Of a stretch of 64,000 nucleotides of DNA, positions 1-9,400 are shown one piece after another. The DNA lies in assembly GCA_018814025.1 (NCBI GenBank), contig JAHJAM010000025.1, forward strand, positions 2,530 to 66,529, in the 5' to 3' direction. This DNA is from Patescibacteria group bacterium. GTDB lineage: Bacteria > Patescibacteriota > Patescibacteriia > UBA9934 > GWF2-40-263. The first letter of the stretch is position 1; each line of letters starts with the position of its first letter. A program made the position numbers and the translations under genes. The notes beneath the pieces were generated by a model. The model was given only the letters and a program-made list of their open reading frames with translations, was not told the origin of the DNA and made no database searches.

Positions 1-59
1 AGCAAGACGCGGAGAAGAAGCTCGACGCGATCAATAATCAATTAAGCTCATGGTAAAGT

Positions 60-1271
60 ATGAAGACCAAGACTGATGACAAAAAAATTGAAGCTTTGCT
101 GACCCGCGGCGTGGAGAAGGTTTATCCGTCAGCCGGTTGGCTGAAAAAGGAATTGAAAAAAGGAAAACAGTTAACTTTGTATTTGGGTATTGATCCGACC
201 GGACCGACTTTGCATTTGGGGCACGCGATTGTTTTGAAGAAAATGCGCGAGTTCCAGGATTTGGGCCACAAACTGATTCTTTTGATCGGGGATTTTACCG
301 GCATGATCGGGGATCCGACCGATAAAACCGCGACCCGGCAGAGTTTGACGCGCGAGCAGGTTTTAAAAAACGCGGAGCACTATCAAGCGCAGGCGAGCAA
401 GTTCATCAGTTTTTCCGGTGCCAACAAAGCCGAGCTGAAATATAACAGCCAATGGTTTGATCGGATGAGCATGCGGGAAGTCGTGGAATTATCAGCCAAT
501 TTCAGCGTCCAGCGTTTGCTGGAGCGGGATATGTTTCAGAAAAGAATGACCGAAGGCAAGACGATTCATTTACACGAGTTCATTTATCCGCTCTTGCAGG
601 CTTATGACAGCGTGGTGATGGAGGTGGACGGGGAAGTGGGCGGCAATGACCAGACTTTCAACATGCTGACGGGCCGGGATTTGATGAAAAAAATGAAGGA
701 GCGGGAAAAGTTCGTGTTAACCACCAAGCTGTTGGTTGATCCGACCGGCAAGAAAATGGGCAAGAGCGAAGGGAACATGATCACTCTGGCGGATTCGGCG
801 CAAGAGATGTTCGGCAAGGTGATGAGCTGGCCGGATGAACTGATTGTCAGGGGTTTTGAACTGCTGACCGACGCGCCGGAGAAGGAGATTAAGGAAATCG
901 AAAAAGGAATGAAGAGCGGGAAAGTCAATCCGCGCGATGCCAAAGCGCGTTTGGCTTACCAAGTGGCGAATTTTTACCATGGCGCAAAAGAAGCCGACAA
1001 AGCCCAAGATGATTTTGCGAAAATGTTCAAGCAAAAGGAGACACCGGACGACGTCAAGGAATATAAGATTAAGGGCAAGCAGCAAAATATTTTGGAGATC
1101 TTGGTTGAGAGCAAATTGGCGGCGTCAAAAACCGAGGCTCGGCGCTTAATCGACGGCGGGGGAGTGAAGGCCAACGGCCACGCGATCGAGGGTTATGATG
1201 TGGAAATTATTCCGGGCAAAAAAGGCGTGTTAATCCAAAAAGGCAAGCGGCATTTTATCAAAGTGATTTAG
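60..1271 (+). CDS. tyrS: tyrosine--tRNA ligase
   Basis: GIDPTGPTLHLGH (HIGH-like), GGNDQ, KMGKS and a C-terminal S4-like domain. Confidence 0.97.
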   Translation: MKTKTDDKKIEALLTRGVEKVYPSAGWLKKELKKGKQLTLYLGIDPTGPTLHLGHAIVLKKMREFQDLGHKLILLIGDFTGMIGDPTDKTATRQSLTREQVLKNAEHYQAQASKFISFSGANKAELKYNSQWFDRMSMREVVELSANFSVQRLLERDMFQKRMTEGKTIHLHEFIYPLLQAYDSVVMEVDGEVGGNDQTFNMLTGRDLMKKMKEREKFVLTTKLLVDPTGKKMGKSEGNMITLADSAQEMFGKVMSWPDELIVRGFELLTDAPEKEIKEIEKGMKSGKVNPRDAKARLAYQVANFYHGAKEADKAQDDFAKMFKQKETPDDVKEYKIKGKQQNILEILVESKLAASKTEARRLIDGGGVKANGHAIEGYDVEIIPGKKGVLIQKGKRHFIKVI

Positions 1272-1272
1272 T

Positions 1273-2979
1273 ATGTACGTCTGGGAACAAGCGCAGAAGC
1301 AAATCAGCCAAGAATTGAAGAAACATTTGGGCCAGAAGTTTGCCGTGTCAGCGTCTGATTTATTGACGCCGCCCAATCCGAAAATGGGGCATTTGGCTTT
1401 CGTGTGTTTCGCCGCGGCCAAGAGTTTGAAGCGGAACCCTCAAGAATTGGCCGCGGAGCTGGTTTTGAAAATTAAGACCGAAGGCTTGATTCAAGCCGTG
1501 GAGGCGCAAGGGCCGTATTTGAATTTCTTTTTGGATTTGCAGAATTTTGGGGCAGCGGTTTTGAGCGAAATATTGAAAGAGGGCAAGCAGTATGGACGCA
1601 ATGCCACCGGTCAAAAGAAAAAAGTGATGGTGGAGTATGCCAATCCCAACACGCACAAGGATGTGCACGTGGGGCATTTGCGGAATTTCGTGGTCGGGCA
1701 AGTAGCCGTGAATTTATTGAACGAAAACGGCTATCAAACCATTCCGGTTTCTTATATTAATGATTTAGGCGCGAATGTGGCCGCGTGTTTGTGGGGTATT
1801 AAGAATTTATCTAAAGGGAAAGAGCCGAAGAAGCAGGATCAAATGCAGTTTTTAAGCCGGATGTACGTGAAAGCCACGGCTCAAATGCAAGCGGATCCAA
1901 AAGTTAAAGAGGCAGTGTCAAAGATCCATTTGGAATTGGAAGAACAGAAAGGCGAATATCTTAATTTGTGGAAAAAGACGCATAAGTGGTCGGAAGATTA
2001 CTTAAAATCCGTGTTTGCTGATTTTAATTTGCCGATTCAGAAGTATTATTGGGAAAGCGATTTGATTGCGGACACAAAAAAGGCCGTTCAGGAGCTATTA
2101 AAGAAGAAGATTGCCAAAAAGAGCCAAGGGGCAATTATCGTGGATTTGGAAAAGCAGAATTTAGGCGTGGACTTGCTGGTTAAATCCGATGGCGCGCTGC
2201 TTTATAACGCTAAAGACATTGCGCTGGCCGTGAAAAAGAAAAAGGATTATCAGGCAGAGCAAAGTATTTACGTAATTGATGCGCGGCAGTCGTTGGCCAT
2301 GAAACAATTGTTCGCGGTTTTAGCCAAGATGAAATTCAAGCAAGACTTGCGGCACTTGGCTTATGATTTTGTGACTCTGCCGGAGGGAGCCATGTCTTCG
2401 CGCAAGGGCACGGTGATCCGCTATGAGGATTTTCGCGATGAAGTGACGGCTTTGGCCAGGAAGGAAACCAAGAAACGGCACAAGGGCTGGAGCGCCAAGA
2501 AATTAGATCAGACCGCGCGTTCGATCGCTTTGGCGGCCATCCGTTTTTCCATGCTCAAGCAGGATTTGAACAAAGTGATTGTTTTTGATCCCCAAGAAGC
2601 CTTGGCTTTTGACGGTTATTCCGGACCTTATCTTTTGTATACTTATGCGCGGATCAATAGCATTTTGAAAAAGGCGGGCCAAGCTTCTGGCCAACCTAAA
2701 GGCGATGATTTGCAAGAAACCGTGGAGCGGGAATTGGTGATGCTGCTGGCTCAATATCCGTCCGTGGTGCGGGAAGCCGGGGAAACATTGCAGTTATCGC
2801 AATTGGTGCATTACGCCTTCGACTTGTCGAAGAAGTTTGCGGAATATTATGAGCGGGTGCCGGTGGCGCAGGCCGAGCCGGAAGTGCGGGCCACGCGTTT
2901 GGCCACGGTCAAATCCGTGCAGCAAGTACTGGCCAACGTTTTGACCTTGCTGTCGATTGAACCGGTTAAAGAGATGTAA
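1273..2979 (+). CDS. argS: arginine--tRNA ligase
   Basis: VEYANPNTHKDVHVGHLRN, MSSRKG, YLLYTYARINSIL; ends in KEM. Confidence 0.96.
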   Translation: MYVWEQAQKQISQELKKHLGQKFAVSASDLLTPPNPKMGHLAFVCFAAAKSLKRNPQELAAELVLKIKTEGLIQAVEAQGPYLNFFLDLQNFGAAVLSEILKEGKQYGRNATGQKKKVMVEYANPNTHKDVHVGHLRNFVVGQVAVNLLNENGYQTIPVSYINDLGANVAACLWGIKNLSKGKEPKKQDQMQFLSRMYVKATAQMQADPKVKEAVSKIHLELEEQKGEYLNLWKKTHKWSEDYLKSVFADFNLPIQKYYWESDLIADTKKAVQELLKKKIAKKSQGAIIVDLEKQNLGVDLLVKSDGALLYNAKDIALAVKKKKDYQAEQSIYVIDARQSLAMKQLFAVLAKMKFKQDLRHLAYDFVTLPEGAMSSRKGTVIRYEDFRDEVTALARKETKKRHKGWSAKKLDQTARSIALAAIRFSMLKQDLNKVIVFDPQEALAFDGYSGPYLLYTYARINSILKKAGQASGQPKGDDLQETVERELVMLLAQYPSVVREAGETLQLSQLVHYAFDLSKKFAEYYERVPVAQAEPEVRATRLATVKSVQQVLANVLTLLSIEPVKEM

Positions 2980-2988
2980 AAAGAATTA

Positions 2989-3018
2989 AAAAGAGCCTCG
3001 CGGGTGCGGGGCTCTTTG
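2989..3018. terminator. bidirectional intrinsic terminator between argS and the radical SAM gene
   Basis: aaagagcctcgc-gggt-gcggggctcttt hairpin between convergent genes. Confidence 0.7.
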
Positions 3019-3033
3019 AGTTTGCAGACCAGT

Positions 3034-4218
3034 TTAGGTCTTGGGGTTGAGGGGGAAATCGCGACTGTGGAGCAAGTCATGCTCCCAATCGGTTTGGCAG
3101 TCGCAGGTGATGGTGTAGCCGTTGCCGAACACGCCAGGGTTCAGGGTTTGGCGCCAGGCCGTGATTTGACTCAGGAGCCGGTGGTCGCAATGACCGCAGT
3201 TGCGAGGCCAATCGATCGGTCGAGGAATTTCATCATCCCAGCGGCCGAGCATGACCGGACCCAGATGAGCGGTTTGTTTCAAGACCTCGATGATGGTCCA
3301 GAGCCAGGGCGGCCGGAAGCCGTTTTCCCGGTTCCAAGCAACCATTTGCGGAGTGCCGGGCGAGATGTACAGAGCTTGGAGCAACACTTCATCAACACCC
3401 GCGCCGAAGACGTAGCTGATGGATTCGATGCATTGGTCCAAAGCGTAACCTTCGCCCATGACCAAGTGCGGTTTGAGCATCAGATAGACCGAGACTCGAC
3501 CGCCGAGGTCTTTGACTAGGCGGACGCTTTTTTCAAAAGACCGTTTGCCAATACCTTTGTGCATCAACTTGTTGCGGACGTGGTCGTTTTCGGTTTCGAA
3601 GCCGATAGCGATGTCGAGCGTTTTTCTGTTAGTAGCCAGATTATCGACCAAGGGACCAACCAGTTCTGGGGTGATGTAGGGCAAGCGTGATTCAATGCGC
3701 ACGGTTTGCGCTTGGCTTTGCTCGCCGACACGGCGGATCATCTCTAGCTGGGCATCCTGCGGAATTTCTCCGGGGTTCAGGAAAGAACCGGCCGTAAAAA
3801 TGTTGATGATGTCCACGGATTCGCGCATGGTGGCGAAACCGGCTTGGAAAATGGACAGGAATTCCTGCTCGCCGATCGGTAAGTCGCCGACATATTCGTC
3901 GACCGCCTGCTGGAAGGGGCAAAAGCTGCAACCATGGTGCTTGTTCAGGGCCCAAGCGCAGCCGCCGGGCAAATACATGAAGCCATGGGTGCCGACCCGC
4001 GAGAGTTGCGGAATATATCGAGTGTCAGTGAAGTAAACGATCTCGCCGGCCATTTGGTTGAGCAGCCGGCGAGCTTTCTCAGCTGCTAACAGATTGCGGC
4101 TGAGGCTGCCCAATAAGGACATCAAATGCGTGGGCAATTCCCGGTTCCAGAATTTTCGATGAAAAATTCGGGGTTTGTTCGGGACATTGGCCCGCACCCC
4201 CCGATTGTACGGTGCCAT
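3034..4218 (-). CDS. radical SAM protein, TIGR01210/RaSEA (archaeosine lyase-like, Elp3/MiaB superfamily) homolog
   Basis: Stretched CAW-x7-CSFC motif, IFTAGSFL, ESR, IAIGFET, YLMLKP, RPPWLW, NCGHCD and CDC. ATG at 4218 has an AAGGAG RBS. Confidence 0.85.
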   Translation of the reverse strand: MAPYNRGVRANVPNKPRIFHRKFWNRELPTHLMSLLGSLSRNLLAAEKARRLLNQMAGEIVYFTDTRYIPQLSRVGTHGFMYLPGGCAWALNKHHGCSFCPFQQAVDEYVGDLPIGEQEFLSIFQAGFATMRESVDIINIFTAGSFLNPGEIPQDAQLEMIRRVGEQSQAQTVRIESRLPYITPELVGPLVDNLATNRKTLDIAIGFETENDHVRNKLMHKGIGKRSFEKSVRLVKDLGGRVSVYLMLKPHLVMGEGYALDQCIESISYVFGAGVDEVLLQALYISPGTPQMVAWNRENGFRPPWLWTIIEVLKQTAHLGPVMLGRWDDEIPRPIDWPRNCGHCDHRLLSQITAWRQTLNPGVFGNGYTITCDCQTDWEHDLLHSRDFPLNPKT

Positions 4219-4360
4219 GATTGTCTCCTTGGTTTTGGGTGAAAAGAACCAGCGCGCATTATCCCATTTATCAAGGTGATGAGCAAACTTTTGAATAACT
4301 AATGCTCGTGGTATATTAGTGGCGGTTCTTTCAACCTTACCAGATCGGGAGAGTGGCAAG

Positions 4361-5137
4361 ATGACGCAATCATTTGATATCCGACAAGCAACGCCGGCCA
4401 TGGTGCCTGAAATTCAGGCTTTGGATGTGGCGGCCTGGGGCAAAGAAAGCGCGGCTTCGGAGGAGATGATCGAGAGTCGAATCAAGCTCAATCCTTTCGG
4501 CAACTATGTGGCCGTGGAAAAGGGAACGAATCGAATCGTGGGTTCGGTTTTTTCGCTGATCACCGATGACAAGCCGATCAAGACTTGGCTTGAGTCAACG
4601 GGGAACGGGACGTGCAAAGATGTGTTCAATCCCTTCGGGGAGGTGATGTTCGGAGTGAATTTGGCCGTGCTGCCGGATAGGCAGGGAATGCAGGCGGGAT
4701 TCAGTCTGTTCACCCGGGCCGTGAGTTTGGTCTGGATCTTCGGCATCAAATACGGTCGGATGGGTGCGCGCATGCCCGAGTTCCATAAATGGAGCGGTTT
4801 GTTCGCGGCCGAGGATTATGCCCATCTTTACATTTCTGACGATGAGATTTTTTTCGTCAAAAATCAGGAGATTCGCGGTACGGACTTTGATCCGATCAAG
4901 GCTCTGCGCGATCAAAACAGCCAGGAGAAGTTGTCGCCGTCAGAATGGCCGATCGGACCGCGTCGCAGTTTGCGTCAAATGAAACCGCTGGACGGGGAGC
5001 TGGCCTTTTTTTGCTCCTGCGTGGTCCGAGATCGGCCAGTGGAGATCGCGGGTTTTTTGCCTGACTATTTCCCATCTGATACGGAAAGCGAGGGTCACGC
5101 CGTGCTTTTGGAATGGCGTAACCCGGATTTTGACTGA
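4361..5137 (+). CDS. GNAT-fold acetyltransferase-like protein
   Basis: FDIRQAT...NYVAVE...IVG...FGVNLAVLPDRQGMQAG (acetyl-CoA motif A-like); C-terminal PDY..D.ES.GHAVLLEWRNP. Confidence 0.7.
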   Translation: MTQSFDIRQATPAMVPEIQALDVAAWGKESAASEEMIESRIKLNPFGNYVAVEKGTNRIVGSVFSLITDDKPIKTWLESTGNGTCKDVFNPFGEVMFGVNLAVLPDRQGMQAGFSLFTRAVSLVWIFGIKYGRMGARMPEFHKWSGLFAAEDYAHLYISDDEIFFVKNQEIRGTDFDPIKALRDQNSQEKLSPSEWPIGPRRSLRQMKPLDGELAFFCSCVVRDRPVEIAGFLPDYFPSDTESEGHAVLLEWRNPDFD

Positions 5138-5156
5138 TCTTTTTCTCGCTCACTTT

Positions 5157-5184
5157 AAGACCGGATACCTTCCGGTCTTTTTTT
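5157..5184 (+). terminator. intrinsic terminator
   Basis: aagaccgga-tacct-tccggtctt followed by a T-run. Confidence 0.75.
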
Positions 5185-5205
5185 CTGGTAGAATATAGAT
5201 ACTTT

Positions 5206-6795
5206 ATGTTTAGTTTGGCTGCTTTCCTTTTTATTAACTTGTTCGCCCTTTTCTTCGGGGGAATGGTTTTGATTAGGGACAAAAAATTGAAATCGAATCG
5301 TTTGTTTTTTATCTGGGTAATTTTAATTGTTTCATGGATTACCTTAAATTTTTTTGAAGAAGAAGAATATTTAGGATTAGCAATTCGGGAAATCCTATTG
5401 AGATCGGATTTTTCAATCGCAATTATCGGGGCGGGAATTTTGTTGTTGTTCGTTTTGAATTTTCCTAAAAAAACGACACAGTTGAAGCGAGATTTGTTAA
5501 TATTGACCCCATCTTTTATCTTGGCTTTTGCGTCGCTGACAGATTTATTGCTTTACAATGTTCGGATTACCAATCAAGGGACGATAATTTTTGCAGAGAA
5601 TTTCGGTTTTTATCTTTATGGATTATTGTTGATTGGTTATTTTGCCTTTTCGATCATAATTTTGACGAAAAAATTTAAAATAAGTAAACCGCCGTTACGC
5701 GGTCAAATCAAATCGATTCTCATCGGTCTTTCTTTCAGTTTAATAATTGGAACCGTCACCAATTTGTTTTTGCAAAATATTTTATCGGTCGACGTGTTTC
5801 GTTTTGGCATGTATTCATTAATATTTTTTATCGCGGGTACGGCTTATGCCGTTTTAAAATATGAATTTTTACGAATTCGTTTTTTAGTAGTGGAGTTTTT
5901 ACTTTTAGGAATTCTCGCAACCTTGTTAGCGCAAGTATTGGTGGCAGAAGGTTTGGTCGAGGCTTTGGTGTCATTAATTTCTTTCGTGGCCATGCTGGTT
6001 TTGGGATTTACCCTAATCAGAAGCACTTATAAAGAAACTGAACAACGTAAACAATTGGAAGTATTAACAAGGAAACTTGAAGCCAGCAATAAAAAACTCA
6101 AAGAATTGGATCAGACCAAAACGACATTTCTTTCCGTGGCTTCGCATCAATTGCGCACGCCGCTGGCGATTGCCAAGGGTTATTTAACCACGCTTGAGCG
6201 GGGCATGCTGGGCAAGCTGGCGCCCAAGCAGCTCAAGGCAGTGGAAACTTTATCCAAGAGCAACAATGAGCCGGTGGCTTTAGTGAATGAACTTTTGGAT
6301 TTGTCGCGGATTGAGTCCGGGCGTTTGGTGGCCGAAGTGACTGATGTGGATTTGCTGCCGGTCATCGATGAGATTTTTGAATACTGGCAACCCAAGGCCG
6401 CGGAAAAGAAATTGAAGTTTGTTTGGAATCGGCCAAAAGGCAAGTTAATGGTGAAAGCGGATCCGGATCGAGTCAAGGAAGTGGTGAAGAATTTTATCGA
6501 TAATGGGGTGAAGTATACGGAAAAAGGCAAAGTGGCGGTGAGCGCGGGCCAGGATGAGCAAGGCGCATATTTTCGGGTAACGGATTCCGGTTATGGCATG
6601 ACCAAAGAAGATCTTAGCCATTTGTTTGAAAAATTCGCTTCCGGATCAGCTTCGAAGAAAGTAAAAATTACTTCCGGCTTCGGCTTATTCGTGGTGAAAA
6701 ATATCGTGGAAGCCATGGGCGGGTCAGTGACCGGCCAGAGCGCGGGGCCGGGACAAGGATCGACTTTCGAGGCTCGATTTAAGCCGGGCAAATAG
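5206..6795 (+). CDS. membrane sensor histidine kinase (N-terminal multi-TM domain, HisKA, HATPase)
   Basis: SVASHQLRTPL H-box, NFIDNGVKYT N-box, DSGYG, SGFGL; several TM segments. Confidence 0.93.
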   Translation: MFSLAAFLFINLFALFFGGMVLIRDKKLKSNRLFFIWVILIVSWITLNFFEEEEYLGLAIREILLRSDFSIAIIGAGILLLFVLNFPKKTTQLKRDLLILTPSFILAFASLTDLLLYNVRITNQGTIIFAENFGFYLYGLLLIGYFAFSIIILTKKFKISKPPLRGQIKSILIGLSFSLIIGTVTNLFLQNILSVDVFRFGMYSLIFFIAGTAYAVLKYEFLRIRFLVVEFLLLGILATLLAQVLVAEGLVEALVSLISFVAMLVLGFTLIRSTYKETEQRKQLEVLTRKLEASNKKLKELDQTKTTFLSVASHQLRTPLAIAKGYLTTLERGMLGKLAPKQLKAVETLSKSNNEPVALVNELLDLSRIESGRLVAEVTDVDLLPVIDEIFEYWQPKAAEKKLKFVWNRPKGKLMVKADPDRVKEVVKNFIDNGVKYTEKGKVAVSAGQDEQGAYFRVTDSGYGMTKEDLSHLFEKFASGSASKKVKITSGFGLFVVKNIVEAMGGSVTGQSAGPGQGSTFEARFKPGK

Positions 6796-6899
6796 GCCGG
6801 GCTTGTGCGTATCTTCGGTTGACCGGCGGGGCAGACATGCTATGATTCAAATAATAAGTGGGGGCCAGATCTTGGATCCCTTTTTGGTATAAAAATATT

Positions 6900-7262
6900 A
6901 TGAGTGCTTCACAAAATGAAACAATTATCGCCGAGGGGGTGAAAATGGACGGTGATTTTGTCAGCCAGGGCCACGTGGTGATTGACGGCGATGTCACCGG
7001 ATCCGTGCAAACCAGTCAGTCGTTGCGCGTGGGTGAAACCGCCAAGATTCACGCGGATATTTCGGCTGGTTCGGCTGTGATTGCCGGCGAGGTTGAAGGC
7101 AATGTCCGGGTGGTGGATCGTTTGGATATTACCGAGACCGCGATGATTCACGGCGATGTGGAAACGCAAGTATTGTCCGTGGCCGCGGGGGCGCAGTTGA
7201 ACGGACGAGTAACCATGAATCAAAGCAATCAGTCGAATGCGGAGGCGTCAGAAGCTGATTAA
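6900..7262 (+). CDS. bactofilin / polymer-forming cytoskeletal protein
   Basis: TIIAEGVKMDGD...IDGDVTG...IAGEVEGNV...GAQLNG repeats. Confidence 0.9.
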   Translation: MSASQNETIIAEGVKMDGDFVSQGHVVIDGDVTGSVQTSQSLRVGETAKIHADISAGSAVIAGEVEGNVRVVDRLDITETAMIHGDVETQVLSVAAGAQLNGRVTMNQSNQSNAEASEAD

Positions 7263-7269
7263 GATCAAC

Positions 7270-8022
7270 ATGTACTATTACATTTACGACGAATTCATTC
7301 AGGATAAGCGCTACGAAAAGGAATTGATCCGGATTGAAAATCGCTTGGCGGATCTTGGCATTACCGGCAAGATTTCCCGCTTGGCTTTATTTCGCGATCC
7401 CACGGAAATGATTGCCGATGAAGTGAGCCGGGGAGTATCCACGGTGGTAGCCGTGGGCAATGATCAAACCGTGCGGAAAATTATCGATGTGGTGGCGGAT
7501 CAGAATGTGATTTTCGGCTTGATTCCATTGGGGACGCCGAATAATTTGGCTAAACTATTAGGCTTGCCCGAAGGCGTGCCGGCTTGCGATATATTATCCG
7601 CCCGTAGCATTGAGACGATCGATCTTGGTTCCGTGAACGGGCGCCGTTTTATCTCCGGATTGTCGGTGCCGAATTTTTCCGCGGAGATTACTTATGACGG
7701 CAAATTCAAAATTGAACCGGCTCGGCCCGGGACTTTGGAAATTCGCAATCTGGCCGGGGCGGAAATTTCCCGCGAGACGCTGGCGGATCCGCGCGACGGC
7801 TTGTTTGAAACTACGATTCGGGTGGGTTTGAAGAAGGGCTGGAATTTTTTTAAAAAACAAAAATACGGAGAAAGCTTGCTGACCTCGCGGCGCTTGGCCA
7901 TTCGCAGTCGAGAACCGATTTCGTTGATCGCGGATGGAGAAGAAATGATCGATAAGCGTTTTGACATCCGAATGAACCCGCAGCCGCTGCAGGTGATTAC
8001 CAGTCGGCGGAGAATGTTTTGA
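7270..8022 (+). CDS. diacylglycerol kinase-like family protein
   Basis: VVAVGNDQT, GLIPLG, NNLAKLLG, IDLG, ADGE. Confidence 0.8.
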   Translation: MYYYIYDEFIQDKRYEKELIRIENRLADLGITGKISRLALFRDPTEMIADEVSRGVSTVVAVGNDQTVRKIIDVVADQNVIFGLIPLGTPNNLAKLLGLPEGVPACDILSARSIETIDLGSVNGRRFISGLSVPNFSAEITYDGKFKIEPARPGTLEIRNLAGAEISRETLADPRDGLFETTIRVGLKKGWNFFKKQKYGESLLTSRRLAIRSREPISLIADGEEMIDKRFDIRMNPQPLQVITSRRRMF

Positions 8023-8042
8023 AAATTGAATAGCATACTCGG

Positions 8043-8081
8043 CCACGTAAAAACACCAGACTCGCTGGTGTTTTTACGTGG
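8043..8081. terminator. long hairpin terminator overlapping the tRNA-Val 3' end
   Basis: ccacgtaaaaacaccag-actcg-ctggtgtttttacgtgg. Confidence 0.7.
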
Positions 8082-8155
8082 TGGATGTTGAGGGATTCGA
8101 ACCCCCGACCTTCTCGGTGTAAACGAGACGCTCTAACCAACTGAGCTAAACATCC
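8079..8155 (-). tRNA. tRNA-Val(TAC)
   Basis: Reverse complement reads GGATGTT...TCTCG TTTACAC CGAGA...GGTTCGAATCC...AACATCCACCA. Confidence 0.96.
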
Positions 8156-8204
8156 AAATGACGCAGGAAGCGTATCAAAAATATTCTAATATTTCAAGGG
8201 TTGA

Positions 8205-8233
8205 TTGACCGGAAGAATTTTACAATATATAAT
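8205..8233 (+). promoter_or_regulatory. sigma70-type promoter
   Basis: TTGACC-N17-TATAAT. Confidence 0.75.
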
Positions 8234-8268
8234 TTTTCAATCGTTCTTTTTCGAGACGGGAGGGAAGC

Positions 8269-8508
8269 GTGAAGATTACTGTTTCAACAGTTCATGGTTT
8301 CATCCAGCGAACCAGTCAGCGCGGGCCGATCGACACAGGCGAGATCGTCAAAGCATTCGGGGTGAGCAACTTCAAACAGCACCAGAAGCTCGACGGCATT
8401 GTCAGTCATTTGGCTGGCCAGAATATGATTGTTCGCATCGGAACTTCTGTCCAAACTCGCAACGTGATTAAGCAGACCAAGGACACTGACGCACGGTGCA
8501 CGGTCTGA
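8269..8508 (+). CDS. small hypothetical protein, possibly winged-helix
   Basis: GGGAGG RBS, GTG start, own promoter and a terminator at ~8530-8556; wHTH-like hydrophobic pattern. Confidence 0.6.
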   Translation: MKITVSTVHGFIQRTSQRGPIDTGEIVKAFGVSNFKQHQKLDGIVSHLAGQNMIVRIGTSVQTRNVIKQTKDTDARCTV

Positions 8509-8574
8509 TTCTCGCTTCGGCGATCTCTGAAATCCCTGGGCCACCGGGGATTTTTTATCCCCAACCGGTGAGGG

Positions 8575-8603
8575 TTGACGCACTTTTGGCAAACCGGTAC
8601 AAT
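8575..8603 (+). promoter_or_regulatory. sigma70-type promoter
   Basis: TTGACG-N17-TACAAT. Confidence 0.7.
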
Positions 8604-8656
8604 TCGCCGCACGTTCTTTTTTACTCCACCTTTTGGGTGTTGCCGCGGAGGGAACA

Positions 8657-8890
8657 ATGGCAGATATGAGCAACGAGGTGATCGGCTTCATTCAAGCTCG
8701 CGGGGGGCCGGTTACGGATATGGATTTGGCGGATCATTTCAACATCCTGGAGGATCCGAACCGAGTCATTCCCATCTTTCGGGCAATCAACGAGTCGCTT
8801 CGGCGCGGAACCCTGGAGCGCCTTCCAGCTACCCATCCGATCAATGGCGGTCGGCTGGTGGTCAAACTGGCCACGGACGCCATTGCCTGA
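8657..8890 (+). CDS. small hypothetical protein, possibly winged-helix
   Basis: GGAGGG RBS; EVIGFIQARGGPVTDMDLADHFNI...AINESLRRGTL; terminator at ~8912-8937. Confidence 0.6.
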   Translation: MADMSNEVIGFIQARGGPVTDMDLADHFNILEDPNRVIPIFRAINESLRRGTLERLPATHPINGGRLVVKLATDAIA

Positions 8891-8992
8891 GCAATCAGGC
8901 CAACTTCTTCTAAACCCTGACTTCGGTCGGGGTTTTTAATTAGTCTCTTGAACAAATGATTATTTTGGGATACACTTTTGCCCACAAGATAG

Positions 8993-9079
8993 GCGAACGT
9001 GGCGGAATTGGTATACGCGCTAGCTTGAGGGGCTAGTGCCCGCAAGGGCTTGAGGGTTCGAGTCCCTCCGTTCGCACCA
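8993..9079 (+). tRNA. tRNA-Leu(GAG)
   Basis: GCGAACG acceptor stem, CTAGC TTGAGGG GCTAG anticodon arm, long variable arm, ACCA end. Confidence 0.96.
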
Positions 9080-9127
9080 AAAAACACCGTTTAATAAAGT
9101 CGGTGTTTTTTGATATACTATTTCCAT

Positions 9128-9373
9128 ATGAATCCAATTATTCGCATTTTGCTCGGCTTGGCCATTATGGCGGCCGGCTTCCTAATTGTTTGGAAATCAG
9201 AAATGGTTTTCAGCTGGGTAGGACGCATCGACTGGGCTGAGATGAAGCTCGGCTCGGGCGGCACGCGCACATTTATTAAGCTTATCGGGCTGTTGGTGGC
9301 GTTCATCGGTATTTTCGTGGCCACCAATATCATCTCGGATATTTTGACCGGCTTCGCCAACATCTTCGCTTAA
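9128..9373 (+). CDS. small two-TM membrane protein
   Basis: Two hydrophobic helices around GRIDWAEMKLGSGGT. Confidence 0.7.
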   Translation: MNPIIRILLGLAIMAAGFLIVWKSEMVFSWVGRIDWAEMKLGSGGTRTFIKLIGLLVAFIGIFVATNIISDILTGFANIFA

Positions 9374-9400
9374 GGATCTTAAATCTTGATTTAAATTTTT

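Noticed and set aside
3004-3519. 171-aa plus-strand ORF and similar antisense ORFs (e.g. 11001-11738, 29871-30500, 37434-37862)
   Set aside because: They are shadow frames opposite well-supported genes and have no recognisable motifs
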